Of a stretch of 64,000 bases of DNA, positions 62,201 to 64,000 are shown piece by piece; the first letter of the stretch is position 1, and every line of letters starts with the position of its first letter. The DNA is taken from the NCBI GenBank assembly GCA_964016885.1, contig OZ024744.1, forward strand, positions 110,608,001 to 110,672,000, given 5' to 3'. The position numbers and the translations under genes were made by a program. The notes under the pieces were generated by a model, which did not search any database, was not told where the DNA came from, and worked only from the letters and a program-made list of their open reading frames with translations. This DNA is from Eledone cirrhosa (taxonomy: Eukaryota).

Positions 62201-64000
62201 TTTGCCCTGAACACAGTAAAGCAACATAATCCACTATAACCTACCTTGCCCTGATCACAGTAAAACTACACAATCCACTATAACTTATCTTGCACTGAAC
62301 ACAGTAAAACTTCACAATCCACTATAACTTACCTTGCCCTGAACACAAATAAAACCACACAATCCACTATAAATTACCTTGCACTGAACACAGTAAAATT
62401 ACACGATCCACTATAACTTACTTTGCCCTGAAAACAGTAAAACTACACAATCCACTATAAATTACCTTGCTCTGAACAGAGTAAAACTACACGATCCACT
62501 ATAACTTAACTGGCCCTGAACAGTGTAAAACTACGTAATTCACTATACCTTACCTTGCCCTGAACACAGTAAAACTACACAATCCACTATAGCTTACATT
62601 ACTCTGAACACAGTAAAACTACACAATCCACTATAAATTACCTTGTTCTGAACACAGTAAAACTACACAATCCACTATAGCTTACCTTGCCCTGAAAACA
62701 GTAGAACTACACAATCCACTATAAATTACCTTGTTCTGAACACAGTAAAACTACACAATCCACTATAACGTACCTTGCTCTGAACACAGTAAAACTACAC
62801 AATCCACTATAACTTACCTTGCACTGAACACAGTAAAACTACACAATCCACTATAAATTACCTTGCCCTGAACACAATAAAACTACACAATCCACTATAA
62901 ATTACCTTGCCCTGAACACATTAAAACTACAAAAACCTCTATAAATTACCTTGCTCTGAACACAGTAAAACTTTATAATCCACTATAACTTAACTGGCCC
63001 TGAACACAGTAAAACTACACAATCCACTATAATTTAACTGGCCCTGAACACAGTAAAACTACACAATCCACTATAAGTTACCTTGCTCTGAACACAGTAA
63101 AACTACACAATCCACTATAACTTGACTGGCCCTGAACACAGTAAAACTACACAATCCACTATATCTTACCTTGCCTTGAACACAGTAAAACTACACAATC
63201 CACTATAACTTACATTGCCCTGAACACAATAAAACTACACAAACCACTATAAATTACCTTGCCCTGAACACAGTAAAACTACACAATCCACTATAAATTA
63301 CCTTGCCCTGAACACAGTAAAACTACACAATCCACTATAAATTACCTTGCTTTGAACACAGTAAAACTACACAATCCACTATAACTTAACTGGCACTGAA
63401 CTCAGTAACACTACACAATGCACTATAACTTAACTGGCCCTGAACACACTAAACTACAGAATCCACTATAACTTACCTTGATCTGAACAAAGGAAACTAT
63501 ACAATCCACTATAACTTAACTGGCCCTGAACACAATAAAATTACACAATCCACTATAACTTAACTGGCCCTGAACACAGTAATACTATACAATCCACTAT
63601 AACTTAACTGGCCCTGAACACACTAAACTACAGAATCCACCATAACTTACTTTGCTCTGAACAAAGGAAACTACACAATCCACTATAACTTAACTGGCCC
63701 TGAACACAGTAAAACTACACAATCCACTACAACTTAACTGGCCCTGAACACAGTAACACTAGACAATCCACTATAACTTAACTGGCCCTGAACACAGTAA
63801 AACTACACGATCCACTATAAGTTACCTTGCTCTGAACACAGTAAACCTACACAATCCACTATAACTTAACTAGCCCTGAACACAGTAAAACTACACAATC
63901 CACTATAACTTACCTTGCCCTGAACACAGTAAAACTACACAATCCACTATAACTTACCTTGCACTGAACACAGTAAAACTACACAATCCACTATAACTTA
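55190..64000. repeat. Higher-order tandem duplication, period 4,481 bp (~102 monomers); each copy holds an internal 1,321-bp (30-monomer) duplication; copy 2 (from ~59671) runs off the window
   Basis: CAGTGT at 56719/61200 and 58040/62521. AACACAAATAAAACC at 57861/62342. Position 59519 aligns with 64000. Only about three differences noticed by eye (55255, ~58700, ~59025). Confidence 0.93.

Larger units (their letters stand above)
1..64000. repeat. 44-bp tandem satellite array (~1,450 head-to-tail monomers), extends beyond both ends of the window
   Basis: Consensus AAAACTACACAATCCACTATAACTTACCTTGCCCTGAACACAGT recurs every 44 bp from start to end, usually with 0-4 differences per copy. Occasional 43-bp and 48-bp variants occur. 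No unique sequence or orientation switch seen. Confidence 0.99.

Noticed and set aside
6550-63670. 43-bp monomers as homopolymer sequencing errors
   Set aside because: The short A-run is consistently linked to other substitutions (TAAACTACAGA, AACAAAGGAAAC) and recurs in register, so these are inherited variants. The lone deletion near 4000 could still be an error.
1-64000. CRISPR array
   Set aside because: No unique spacers: the whole 44 bp is repeated, and no cas genes or leader are present.
1-64000. Unspliced repetitive protein-coding ORF
   Set aside because: 44 is not a multiple of 3 and the consensus has three stop triplets per strand (TAA, TGA, TAA on plus; TAA, TAG, TAG on minus), so every frame closes within about three monomers.
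1-64000. U1 snRNA gene copies
   Set aside because: Only the 8-nt ACTTACCT matches; there are no U1 stem-loops or Sm site.
1-64000. Canonical telomerase repeat or G-quadruplex array
   Set aside because: No short TTAGGG/TTAGG-type unit, and only one GGG run per 44 bp on the minus strand.
1-64000. TATA-like (CTATAA/TATAAA), forkhead-like (TAAACA) and nucleosome-phasing (4x44=176 bp) signals
   Set aside because: Short AT-rich motifs and a numerical coincidence, with no supporting context in the sequence.
1-64000. Assignment to a named satellite family or species
   Set aside because: I do not recognise the monomer; a Dfam, Repbase or BLASTN search of the consensus would be needed.

Overview
The whole 64-kb window is one uninterrupted head-to-tail tandem satellite array of about 1,450 copies of a 44-bp monomer (consensus AAAACTACACAATCCACTATAACTTACCTTGCCCTGAACACAGT; 17 A, 14 C, 10 T, 3 G; ~39% GC; no CpG). 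It runs off both window ends and is most likely eukaryotic satellite DNA. I see no ORF, RNA gene, transposon, inversion or CRISPR spacer. Diagnostic monomer variants reveal nested higher-order structure: 3-6-mer local units, an ancestral ~30-33-mer (~1.3-1.4 kb) order, and recent near-identical tandem duplications of ~1.6, 2.55, 3.6, 3.7, 4.5, 5.1 and 5.8 kb. The most unusual signal is on the minus strand. Each consensus monomer reads as a spliceosomal unit, ...TTTTACTGTGTTCAG|GGCAAG|GTAAGT..., i.e. a 3' splice site, a 6-nt microexon, a consensus 5' splice site and a 38-nt GT-AG mini-intron. Function is unproven and common variants break the sites. All alignments were made by eye, so block boundaries are approximate (about 1-2 monomers).
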